Of a stretch of DNA of 64,000 nt, positions 38,636 through 50,300 are shown piece after piece. Both the position numbers and the translations under genes were made by a program. Within the stretch, counting starts at the first letter, position 1, and the number at the start of each line of letters is the position of its first letter. The stretch is from contig NW_003314336.1 in the NCBI RefSeq assembly GCF_000143415.4, positions 423,296 to 487,295 on the forward strand, in the 5' to 3' direction. This DNA comes from Selaginella moellendorffii (lineage: Eukaryota; Plantae; Lycopodiophyta). Below the pieces are notes generated by a model. That model was not told where the DNA came from. It ran no database searches and saw nothing but the letters and a program-made list of their open reading frames with translations.

Positions 38636-41322
38636 GATGTGTTGAGGAGGATGTTATCGGTTATACCATGATTTCTTCTTTAGCATTGAAGTTAGTTTAT
38701 GCAAGACTTGTGATCATTGTTAAGCAAGACTTAACTATGGGCTTCTTCAAGCTTCTAGTTCTTTGAGTTTTCATGCTTATTATTCTATTTGTTAGGAGTT
38801 GTTGGGAGGCATTTTGGCTCATTAGCTTCGATGCTGAAGTTGGCTTTTGCATCTATCAATCATTGGTGATAATTGACTACAATTTAAGATAGTTGATTAT
38901 CCTTGTCAAAGTTTTGTTTGATTATTGTTAATCTAGAATGATTTGCCGTTCTTCGGGATGGTAAATTCTTTCTTTGACAATGATTATACATCTTTTCATT
39001 TATGGGATGATTGATGATCTTTCATGATAGTTAGTTATTTTCTTTGATGGCTTTTGGCTTTTCGCAATACTATATATTCTTTGTGATTTGCTTTAGATTG
39101 GTCTCTTGGGTTTCAGACATCAATAGAATGTTACTGACACTTGCTTAAGCAACTTAAGTTCCTTTGTATTGTTGACCGGAATCTATTCAAGATTAGCCAG
39201 TGCGATGGTTAGCATGAATGAGTGTTTATTTACTTTGTAATATTCATTCTATTCTGTTGACTATCATTACAATCGCTTTTGATAGATTGGATGTTATTTC
39301 CTTCGAGTGATATATGTGCGAGCATTTTGCTTGCCAATCAATGATACTTTATGTTCTTTGAGCTATCTTTTATAAGTTGTTTAGCATATTATCTACAATC
39401 TTTGGTAGTTAAGTTTTCACATCAAATGTTATTAATGGTATATTTGCTATTGAATTTTGTTGGATGGTGAATTCTATATTTTCCAAACATGTTGATCTTG
39501 GTGGTTCTTATACTATACTACTAGTTTATTAGATGATACCTTACTTGGAATACTTTTGTGTTCTAATATAAAATTTATTCACTGATAATTATGACTCTAA
39601 GGTATCATTGTCTGTGACTTTGATTATGTCCATCTATTGATCTTTGACTTTGGGCCAATATAGGTAGACTAGCTTCAACACTTTGTGTGCATGGTGAAAT
39701 CTTTAGTCATGGGGTAGCTACTGTCGATTGGTCACATCACCCGCCTCTTTGTCGATGTTCCTTATTCCGTTAAGAAAGTGCGACCATGTAAACAACTCTA
39801 ACTGCCTGTTTACAATAGTCTATCTAAACCTTACTAACAAGTTTGGTTTCTTTACTCATGAGGGTTTGGGCCTCTGACTTCTCTCTCTATGACCCTGTAG
39901 GTAGAGGCGTATCACACTTTTGTAAGCTGAGTGACACCCAGAGCAGCAAGGGTGGGTGACTCTGTTGGTCATTTCTTTATCGGCGATGGCCAGAAAGGTG
40001 TCTCAGCTGGTAGCGCATCCGTGTTAGACAAAGTGCCTCCTAACTCATTTAAGTTGGTGCATTTTTCACATAGTGTGAATACCGTGAACTTTTTTTGGAG
40101 TTGTTTCCTTGGTGGTATTCTAGACTTGAGTATGCATTGATGAGGACGTTGATCTTCCCTAAGGGGGGGAGAGTGTCGCAAATATGACTTTGGGTATCGA
40201 AAGTTATTTGTCGGCTAGTCTTTACGGACATTCTTTCCTTACTGCCACAATGGCAGGAGGTCGGTATTGCTAGACCCTTTATTAGTCCCTCTTGCTCAAA
40301 TATTAATAAACTGGGCTTAGCATCTATATTTGGTCGGATGAGCATAAGGAAGGAATTCCTAAGTGTCTATTTAGCTGAGCATACTTGGCTCAGCTTGTTA
40401 GTTCTCTTTTGCTCTATTTTGCACTAGCTTAACAAGAACCCTCGCGTATTGAGACTACTCCCTCAATATCACTGGATGATAGTTTACTATGTCTGCCAAA
40501 CACCCTTGCTATCATGCCCTTTGTGTTTGTCTCATTTCAATCCTAAATGCTATTTATGGAAAGTGTCCAGATTTGCTCATTTGGTATATCTATTGAATGT
40601 AGAGATTGTCCTGAACACAATGGTGTTCGTCCCGTGTCCAAATTCACAATCTAGGGACATTCCATATTTAGTAAGTTTAGAGCTTGTCCCAAAAACTAAC
40701 TCCTGAAACTAAGGGAGGATTAGGGTGAAAGCCCAAAGCATGTGTTCCTCAAGGGGGGGATATAGGGGGTTCTAAATGTATGGTAAAGATAGTAGGTAAG
40801 TCAGGGATGGTTGACCAACCTAAAGCATAGTCTAGCTCCCATTTGTGTACTGTCCTTATTCTGCATCTGGCTTGGGTCTAAGCCTAAGCTCCACACCATG
40901 CTAGCTGGTGGAGTACTTATATCCTTGCATTAGGCTATCAGTATGCTGAAATAGCACCATACTCCATTTGGCTTCGTTTTGCGTGTTGGTCCTAGCATTG
41001 GGATGTTTGATGCTTTAGGATTATTCCAAGTCGTTCCATGCTCCTATCCCTTCGCTCCTTGGGCTATATGCTCGGGAGTCATTTTGTGTTCCAGTGCCAT
41101 CACTCTTTGGCTCCATGCTAGGAGTTTGGTACCGTTTCTTCAGTCAGTGGCCAAAGGCTCTAAAACTTGGGTTCCACACCACTATCTTTTGGACATGTGG
41201 TATGTGACACGTGGCACAAAGAAGGTGTAGGTTCTACTTCATGGTTATTCTATGGTAAATCACCATAGGATAAAAAGTAAAAACCACGTGCACTACACTT
41301 GGTAAATATATTAAGCTATTAT

Positions 41323-41422
41323 CTAGCAAGTATTGAGGGACTAAGCTTAATTTCATAGGTTCTCAACACTAGCAAGTATTGAGGGACTAAGCTTAATTTC
41401 ATAGGTTCTCAACACTAGCAAG
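41323..41422. repeat. Exact tandem duplication of about 46 bp
   Basis: ctagcaagtattgagggactaagcttaatttcataggttctcaaca occurs twice, followed by ctagcaag. Confidence 0.9.
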
Positions 41423-42152
41423 TGCAAACTAAGGAATAAGTTTTTTTCTAATTAGATTAAGTATGCTTGCATAATAGCACTTAGGAATTCCATCTTTATA
41501 CTCTTTTGACCAAATGCACATATAAAGATCAGTTTTTCAACTAACTTGGATGGAAACTGATAAAAGGTTTAATAATATTGATCTCCTACAATCAAAGAAG
41601 AACATTTGAAAAGATTTGTTATCAAGTAACTTTCAATATCTATAATCATATTTGCAACAGTTTACTAAGCATTTTGACTTCCTTCTTAGGTCATTGCATT
41701 AAATAACATAGAATTACCACCTCCGTCGTTAGAGTATTTTCTTATTTCACAACAAAGACTTTATTTTGCTAAGTCTAATAGATATTTACTATTTAAGTAC
41801 AAATTCTTAGTGGTAGAGACTTTTAAAGTAAAAGAAAGTGCACAAAAATAGGTCTCTAGGTCGAGACTTATCTAAATCCACTTCCTTTGACAATATTTGA
41901 TTTTCCCATTAATTTATGACAGAATATAAAAATCCATCAAGGAGCTTAGACCAATTGACAATATTCCCTATTACCTATTTTGAGACATTTTGGTGCAAGT
42001 AATTTATAGTTAAGTGAAGTAAAAAAAATTATTATATAAAATTAGACAAAAGCTCAAACTTTAATTCTTGTTTTAAAAATATGGTAGTGAGACTAGAGAG
42101 TGGGTTTAGAATAAAAATTTATTTTCTTAAAATTTTTTAGTATTCTATAATT

Positions 42153-43040
42153 TCAAGAGACTCTATCTTTGAAGCAACCTATATGATTGCTAAGTTTTAT
42201 TCTCCACCAACTATTATTTGGAGCTGAAGCTTCATAAATGACAAAGTCACAATTATCTTCAATAATAAGATATGTAAGAGAAATGCATTTCTGGCAATAT
42301 TTGTTTATAGACCATAACACTTTTCTTGTGTCAGTATATATAACAAGATTTCCATCAATTTGCAAAATAAGCACACAATTGCCTTTATAAAAGAAAAAAT
42401 TCTCAGATTGCCATAAAATATTTTTACCTGAGAAAACTACAAGTTGACAATTTGATTTCAAATATAATGTATTTCTACCATTAGATGATATTAAGAAGTT
42501 GCCTTTATATAAATAAAATTCTCGAAAACCGGCATTTAAAGTGGTTAAACTTGTATCACAATCTTGCCTAGAATGAATATCTTTATGAAGAAATGGAAGT
42601 GCCTTTGTATTTTGTAACTGAGGAGTCCACAAAAATTGAAGACTATACTCAATTATATATTTTGTTAATGTTATTTTACATTTATCTGCTCGTTGTGATA
42701 ATAATAGTGATTTATATTCATCTATTGTATATTTTATTCCAGATTTTATTCTTGATCCAATCACTTGTTTATTTGTTGATTTACCAGATTTACATTTATC
42801 TCCTAAACATTCAATCCTTACAAAAACAGCACCTTTACTAATTTCAACCAATCTTGAATCTTTATAATTTGCTGGATAATTACCATAATGAGTTATATTT
42901 CTTGTTAAATTTAAAAAACCTTGATCAATTATGATTTGAATATCATGTTCACTAAGAACTTCTTTTTTCCCCCAGTCTATATTTACTCCATATACGACAT
43001 TTATATAAGCAAACACTACTATACATATTTTTAAGATCAT
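42153..43040 (-). CDS. Secreted unknown-domain plus B-lectin protein, 295 aa; copy 2
   Basis: Same length as 11273-12160 with about 30 substitutions counted by eye (about 90% identity); the flanks are also homologous. Confidence 0.8.
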   Translation of the reverse strand: MILKICIVVFAYINVVYGVNIDWGKKEVLSEHDIQIIIDQGFLNLTRNITHYGNYPANYKDSRLVEISKGAVFVRIECLGDKCKSGKSTNKQVIGSRIKSGIKYTIDEYKSLLLSQRADKCKITLTKYIIEYSLQFLWTPQLQNTKALPFLHKDIHSRQDCDTSLTTLNAGFREFYLYKGNFLISSNGRNTLYLKSNCQLVVFSGKNILWQSENFFFYKGNCVLILQIDGNLVIYTDTRKVLWSINKYCQKCISLTYLIIEDNCDFVIYEASAPNNSWWRIKLSNHIGCFKDRVS

Positions 43041-43424
43041 TAAATAGATTAGAAAACTTTTATATTAAATAAACAGTTATGAAATTGTAAATATAATATG
43101 TTAGCAGGATTTATACTATTTTATTATTAATTTTTTTTATTATTAAAAAACTTATATAAATATTATATTATAATAAATACCCAAATACTTTAAAATTTTC
43201 TTATGTATAATTTTAAAAGCTATAAATTCTATATTCTTCCAAATGTAAAAAAAATTTATATTTAAAAGTTCTTTTTATAATAATATGTTTTAAATTATAT
43301 TCTAAAATATATAATTTTTAAATATTTATAGCTCTCTCTTTAAAACTATGTGAAAAGATTAATGAAAGAGCTTCTAATTTTCCCTTTGCAAAAATTTCAC
43401 TAGTGCATATATTTATATACCATT

Positions 43425-45600
43425 TATGAGTGTATAGAATATAGAGATGGAAGATATGAGGTCAGATCCATGGCTATAATATTGTATACTAATATAAGAG
43501 TAATAAGATTTTGATAGGTATTTGATTGCTTTTGTATATAAGTTATGGTTTTTAGGTTAATCATATATATATATTTTAAACCCCCAATCTCAAAATAATG
43601 GAAAGTAGTTAGAGTTTTATAGTTAATAGGTTAGAAATAACATCAAGAAGAGGCACTAATGGATTTATAGGTGGTGCAACTTATTCTTAATTCTTTTGTA
43701 CAAAGCACTTCAACCACTCTACATATACAATTTCTAAAGGATCAACTTATTGAATGTTATATTGAATTCTATAAACTTATAGTCTAAATTACTACAACAC
43801 TCAATATAGTGCCTTCTATTGAGCAAAGATCCCCTTAGATAAACCATGTATCGTAAGATTAACTAATTTTAAATCATCTACTTTGTTCCTTGTATGTACC
43901 ACCACTATTGTTTTACTTATATATAGCCCAAGTCTTAAAATGCTTATATAATATTGATCAAAGAGCTTAACATTAATAACTTGTGGCAATTGTAATAGTA
44001 AACTCAACTCTGTTAACAATATCAAATTATAACCAAATAAGAGTTTATATGGTGAAGCATCAATAGAACTCTGTACCCCCATGACATATATATACCAAAG
44101 AAATGGCAAATAACCATTTTAGTCCAAGTGCTAAAAATTCATATACTTTGCAATTATCCCTTTGAAAATGTAAATAAAATGTTCAACTAAACTATCCATC
44201 TGTTGATAATAAATATTTGTGAAAGTGTGATATATCTCTAACCAAGACATCAAGAAGTGAAATACCTCATCCATAAATATAAGACCATTATGTGAGAGAA
44301 TTTGCTCTTGATAATAATACTGGAACACTATAGGAAGTATCTAATAACAATCATAAATGCACTAGCAAGAGCACTAATTTCCACCCACCGAATCAAATAG
44401 TCAAAAGTAATAATGATATATTCATTGTCAACAATTGATTGTGGAAAGAGCCTTATCATATCAAATGTCATTAGTCAAATAAACAAAAAATTATAATTGA
44501 CTCTAATCATCCTTTTGTAGCATAAGGGTGAGTATTATAAACTTAACATCAAATAAAGCTATGTACATACTGGATAAATTATGTCGCATCTCTAGCTTCT
44601 CAGTTATATGGTAATGTTTTATAATCATAGTAAAAGTGGAAAAAATGTTAAATAAATATCAAAGGCACCACTAATCACAAATAGTAATTAGAATCAATCC
44701 CCACAAAATAAAGAATGTCATTCTCAAGCAATATTAAAAATGTAAATGTTAAAATAGCAAACCTTTAATAAGTGATACAATTTTCTCAAATCTATCACAA
44801 AGCTTTCAACTCTAAGGCTTAACCTTTTAAGCCTTATAAACGTGATCAAAAGAAGGTAAATTTAACTTTACACCTTATGGACATTGAACATTAAATACAG
44901 TGACTACTAATGATATAAGATTCTCATCCAGAAAATTCACTAATATTGGAACAATAACCTCATTAGGAACATAAGAAGAGAGCAAAAAATAGAGAGGAGC
45001 TCAAGATAGTGTATTAGCATTAGCCTTAGACTCATTAGGTGATAAACAACATTAAAGTTATATATCTAAAATTGTAAAGCCCACCAAACAATACAATAAA
45101 CCAAGTTATTCTACTTTAATATTGAAGTGATTGCAACATAATTACCAATATTCAAGAACCATGTAAATATGCATGAAGCTTTTTAAAAAATTGCTAAACA
45201 CTCATTTATTGTGGAATAGTTCACTTGTTAGTTGCAATGTATGGCTAATATATGCAAAAAGATGACATTGACTAAATTGTTGCACAAGGATGCTAACTTT
45301 AAATAAGTTTAGCATTCAAATTAGGATGGTTAAAGTGTTAAATTAACTTCCTATAGCTGATCCAACACTTTACAAATATCATAGATATGCTTTTCCTATA
45401 TTCCCTTTTAATGGATCAAGATATCATCAATGAAATTAACAATCATCTTTGGCATATTATAAAGAATCTCATCCATCATTTAGTAAAAAATTGCTGGAAC
45501 ATTATTCAATTCGAACAGCATCACCAAGAACAAACAAAATAAGGTACAAAATTAATCTTAAGAATATCCTCCTCAACCATCACCATTTGTGTAGCACACT
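43425..45600 (-). mobile_element. Decayed 3' half (RT-RH-IN-LTR) of the 50475-55481 family
   Basis: The reverse complement aligns with pol 53200-55290; LTR pieces at 43425-43575. Confidence 0.78.
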
Positions 45601-45619
45601 TAAATTTGGAGTTGAATTC

Positions 45620-45930
45620 CAAGCCCATTATGCTATGAATTGAGGGTCTAATATACACTTAATATCCCCTATAAGCACTACCTTTCTATATTTAACTCTT
45701 GCATGTAAAATGGTGTTAAACAATATTTATCATAATTTTGGCATATTGGTGGCCTAATGCAAGGAGGGTGCCTCACCACCTAGAGTAGTATAGAGCTTGG
45801 GCTTAGACATAAATTGGATGTAAAACAAGGAGCAATATAGCTTAATGGGACCCAAAGTAATGTTTTTTATAGTTAACCATACTTCAAATTACTATCCCTA
45901 CCATACATTTTAAAACCCCCCATAGCCCTC
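45620..45930 (-). mobile_element. LTR fragment of the 33566-41297 family
   Basis: tactatccctaccatacattttaaaaccccc is the reverse complement of the LTR block gggggttctaaatgtatggtagggatagt. Confidence 0.55.
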
Positions 45931-45969
45931 TCACAATCCTCCCCTCCCCCCCCAACATTAATCTCTGAA

Positions 45970-46310
45970 AGAAGGTGGCATGTTTTTACAGTATTGTGGG
46001 CCTTAAACAATTTTGCAGCATGTGGGGCATTTCGGTAAATTTAAATAAAGAGCTAGTTTGAAGATTCATCTAATGTTTCATATAAGCAAGCTTTAAATAT
46101 GTTTACACTCAGGATCATTTAAGTCTCAAAGATTAATGTTGAGAAGGCTAGTTTAGCCAATATTCTTACTTAAAAGTTGGTAAAGGTTGCAAGACAACAT
46201 AGGAGTTACTAGTTCAGTAGAATGGCTATTCTATGGATGACGTTACATGGGAAATTAAAAATGATGTGAAGACATTGTTTACATAACATTCTTAAGGAAA
46301 AGGAGAATTA
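45970..46310 (+). mobile_element. Chromovirus 3' remnant (integrase tail plus chromodomain)
   Basis: LKIHLMFHISKL, then ELLVQ*NGYSMDDVTWE (chromodomain-like), followed by a purine tract at about 46295. Confidence 0.5.
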
Positions 46311-47053
46311 AATTCTATAGTCATATTGCTACATGATTTGAGCTATTTATTCTATTTTTATTCTCTTATTTTTATAACTATATTGTCATGCAAGAAAGCC
46401 ATATTGATTTTATTTTTATGGCTGTCTATCATAATATTAGTGTTGTTATTTGCAGATCTTTTCATATTGTTTTAGACTCTCTTTATGTGAGGCTTGTTTA
46501 TCTTTTAGAGGTTCCCATCCATAGCTGGTTCATGAGGGACACAAACTATGAGAATATTCTATGGCTGGTTAGGAAGGTGGCTTAAGGTTTGCTCTTTGTT
46601 AGTTTCAATTAAAGTCATGGTAAAATGCAAATGGGAGCATATTGTGGTCCTGGGATCCTATCACTCTAGAGTTTGCAAATGTAAATGCTCCAGCTTTATA
46701 TTCTATATATGTGTGCAGTTTTATTTGAATAAATATAATTTTAAATAATTATTTATATAAAAATGTGTAGAACATGTTCTCAATATAAACTAGAACAGGG
46801 TGCTTGTGGAAGGACACCAGTTTTTTACTTGAGTGAATGATGTGAATTTGTAAGTGAATTTATGGGAGTACCATGGAAGTAATGGAGCCTCTAATGATTC
46901 TTTTGAGTAAACTTTTACTTTCAACATTGTTCATTAAACCATCCTTACATTTTCACATGTTAATGTTCCCTTCTTTGCTTCCTTTTGTGCTTCCTTGTTA
47001 GATCTGTAATATAAATAAAACTTTTAGTCCACAAAAACTAGCAATAAAAGCAC

Positions 47054-49485
47054 TCACTTTTGCAATGGAAGCTTAGTTTTTCCCAAGTGGCTGAACATCC
47101 GCTCCGCCAAACTCTTCTGACTCTGCTGCTCAAGCCTCCTCATTCCTTTAGTGGAACTCAGCGAATGCTTGACTATGCATTCAACTTCTTTTGCATCCGA
47201 GAATGCCTTCAGACCTATACAACAAAATATAATGCACTTATTGCTGAGATACAAATTCACCAACCCGTACCTTCGACAACAATAACTTTCTGAAGATCAG
47301 AATTTCCAGAAAAGTATTGTGTCCATGCTCTTGTAGCCGCTGTGCACGGTTTGTCTTCACCTTCCAAGGCACCGTGTTTTTCCTCCCACAATGCAACTTC
47401 CTGGCATTCTGGGAAAACATTCTTTAACGCAGTTGCCATGGATCTACTCTTTGGAGTCATATCGAGAATCCTCTTCTTCACATCGCTCCCGCTGAGAACA
47501 GTGGTTCTTTTGCCATTTTCCACCTCAGCCGCGACATTTAAGATTAAAGTCACGTAAGGGAAACCAGGGGCTATCCCCGAAAACTCCGTAGAGCACTTAG
47601 CTGCTAGGACATTTATGTCCCCTAGGCTCTTCCTCAGTTTTACCTGGATTAAGATTAACACCATAGTGGACACTTTGAAGATATTCCCTCTGAACCCCAC
47701 AAGAACTAAATCTGTTCCCAAAGTTCCCTCGTTCAAGATGATTCCAGTCCCTGCCTTTCCGAGTTCAAACAGATGCTCTGCCGGTAACCCTCCAATTGGA
47801 ATATCTACTTTTCTGAACTGCAAGCATAAAAACTTAGCCTTGAAGATCCACCACTTGTTCAGAAGCTGTGACGACAGGGTCTTCCTGCAAAGGCTGCCAC
47901 ACAACTCCTCTAGAGTGAAGCAGTCAAACACATGCTTCTCTAGTCTGTCCACCGCAAGTAACAGCAGCAATTGTGCCACAAGCTCCCCTTTATATCCAAT
48001 ATCAATCCAGCCGCGTAGCAAGCTCTGCTCTAGTTCTTGCAAACAAATCTTCCACCCGGAGGTCGTTGGCATTGGCTTGGTCCGCAAAACAAGAGCTGCA
48101 GCCGCTGCAACCGTAGGCTCAAACATCCAATCTGTCCAAACACGATGCCGGTCATCTGATATGGACACCACACTAAGCAGGTGACTGGCTACCATGCGAG
48201 AGATTATGGTGGCCTGGGGGTTGATGTCCAGGCACACCCTGGAGCTAAGTACAGCCAACTTAGCTGCGGTGGAGACCTCTCCTTCTTGCAGCTTAGCACG
48301 CTTCCCAGTACCACCAAGGAGCTTATCCACTGCCATGGTTAGTACCCGATCCGCGTCGAGCTTCTCGTAAAGGGCTCTCCACAACGGCCTACCGTATGCA
48401 AACAAACGACCGGGTTCCTTGAGTTCAGCGACGGTAAGGCTGCTTGTTTGTGGTGGTGAGTGTGCCACAAACATACAGTATAGAGGATGAGGAACGGAAA
48501 CCCCAAGCCCATACACACGGTCACTTGGGTGAGCTTCGGATGGCGGTGCAAAGTTGGTTCTTCTGCCATTGGTATCCATGAAGAGAAGACAAGCACCACC
48601 TGTGTTGGGAAGAACTCTGGCTGCTCTTCTCGCAGGGATGAATGCCTCAAAAGCCGTAGGATCCTGGCTTTGAGCAAACCATCTGGCTTCGTCCATCACA
48701 AACAAGACTTTAAGAATACCAGATTCAGGGTTTTGCAAGCCCTGGAGTTTCTTCATGATTCTAGTATCTCTTCCCAGCGTTGCTTTCTGTTCCCATTCAC
48801 CCCAGACGTTGAAAGACTTCAATAGACCTGGCTCGAGTATGCTGGACAGCTTCTCCCGGACTCCTTTCCGATTCCTTATTTTCTCTTTTACTATGCTCCA
48901 GAAAGTGTCTCCAAGCATTACCTCTTGGAGGAATGCTTCCGGCTCCATCTTCATCTCCACGGCTGTGTCGATACACGATTCGAAGTAGTCCATGCAAAAG
49001 AGCATGAACCTGCTCTGCGACACAAGCAATGGCCCCGAGCTGAGCAAGGTGACAGCGCTGTCGTAGAAGAAATCGGCAATGGCGGACCTTGGAGGGTACG
49101 CGGAGCCGGAGGCCGAGGCGAAGGAGCAGTAAACCACAAACACACCCCTATTCGCGAGCTCACAGACAGTCCTCGACTTTCCCCAGCCACTCGACTGCAC
49201 AAGAGTCACAACAGGAGCTACCCTGGCATGCCCATTACACCAGTCCTTAGACACTGCTTCAAGCTCAAAATGCAAGAGCCCTACATTATCTACACCGCAT
49301 CTTCGATACTTAGTCTTGAATGCTTCCGCGAAAGGCTGGATAGTGTCCTGATCTACTGGCTCCTTCAGAAGCTCCCTGTTTATCTCCAAGAGCTCCCTAT
49401 ATATTTCTTCACGTTTCCTTTGCAGTTCGTCCCGCTTTGCCCTCTTTGGATTTTTGCTAAGCTCCTGCACATCCTTGCGTTTCAT
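47054..49485 (-). CDS. Intact CR (Crinkler/RHS-type) protein of about 791 aa: basic/coiled-coil N-terminus, P-loop NTPase, PD-(D/E)xK-like nuclease; exons 49485-47271 and 47214-47054
   Basis: Walker A VQSSGWGKSR, Walker B LFVMDEA, LFMDT, YGRPLW, DIGYKGELVA and GTDLVLV...LILIQVK. A 56-nt GT-AG intron gives an in-frame total of 2376 nt. Confidence 0.82.
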
Positions 49486-49574
49486 CCTTCTCTTCAAACG
49501 AAACCCTAAGTTGCAGATAGCCGAAATCTAGCGCCACCCTAAAAGCGGACAATCCATGATACTAAAAATTAAGG

Positions 49575-50135
49575 CGTGGATGTATCTAAAATGCGGCAGC
49601 GTTGTCCACTCTCGCAGGTGCTCGTGCAATGCCTGCTCGAGGCAAGCTTGCCGATCAGTGCTTACGTCCACTCGGGAGATTTCCACCAGGCCATCTATTT
49701 CTTCCACTGTCGGCTGCTCGAGGGAGTGATCCCGGATGCCGTGAGCTCCGTCGCGATGCTGGGAGCACTCTCTCTGAATGAATTAAGAACTGGCAGCTTG
49801 CGTCCAGATGGATCATGGACGATGAGCACGTATAGCAACCTTCGTAGCTGCTGGAAAGTCTTCGAAAGGATGGCCGAGAGGAACATTGTGTCTTGGACGG
49901 TGTTGATCTGGGGAGCTTGCCAAGGCAATGCCGTTGTTTTGAGCGATGCAGCTGGAAGGCGTGAGGCCCAACGAAATCACCTTTAGCTGCTCTTCTCTGG
50001 CAGTATATACCTTCGTGCTGCGGGAGTGGTGACTGTTGTTGCCAATACCTGCATTGGAATGCTTGCTTGGTGTGGTGATCTTGCCTGAGAAAGATGAAAT
50101 CCCCTGGAACTTAATGATCAACGCTGCCTTTGTCC
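49575..50135 (+). pseudogene. Deletion-riddled fragment of the PPR gene at 60006
   Basis: Collinear blocks near-identical to 60235-60940 (ISAYVHSGDFHQAIY, LRSCWKVFERM, WNLMINAA), separated by multiple deletions. Confidence 0.88.
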
Positions 50136-50300
50136 CGTCACAATTATCTTCAATAATAAGATACATAATAAAAATGCATCTCTCACAATATTTGCTTGTA
50201 AAATTAAGAAAATATTTTCAAATTTCCATAAAATGTTTTTACATACATGTTGGACAATTTGATTTCTATATTTCATTAGATAATAATTTTTAATTTATTT
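50136..50300 (-). pseudogene. Relic of a third B-lectin gene
   Basis: gtcacaattatcttcaataataag is shared with both lectin genes. The relic translates as KSNC...KYCERCIFIMYLIIEDNCD. Confidence 0.72.

Larger units (their letters stand above)
33566..41297 (+). mobile_element. 7.7-kb LTR retrotransposon with no recognisable gag-pol (LARD-like); LTRs 33566-34626 and 40174-41297
   Basis: TG...CA LTRs of about 1.1 kb, PBS TGGTATCAGAG (tRNA-Met) at 34629, PPT AAGGGGGGGAGAG at 40161-40173, and TSD TTTGG/CTTGG. Confidence 0.9.

Noticed and set aside
33899-41230. Paired short ORFs at 33899/40449 and 34308/40979 as duplicated genes
   Set aside because: They lie within the two LTRs and are similar only because the LTRs are.
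27800-46700. One giant chromovirus spanning the gag-RT remnant at 28-30.5 kb and the chromodomain remnant at 46 kb and carrying lectin copy 2
   Set aside because: The pieces share orientation and order, but I could not find matching LTRs or a TSD, so the link is unsupported.
47054-49485. NB-ARC/NLR resistance gene
   Set aside because: It has a P-loop but no GLPL, MHD, TIR or LRR motifs; the motif set fits CR-type NTPases better.
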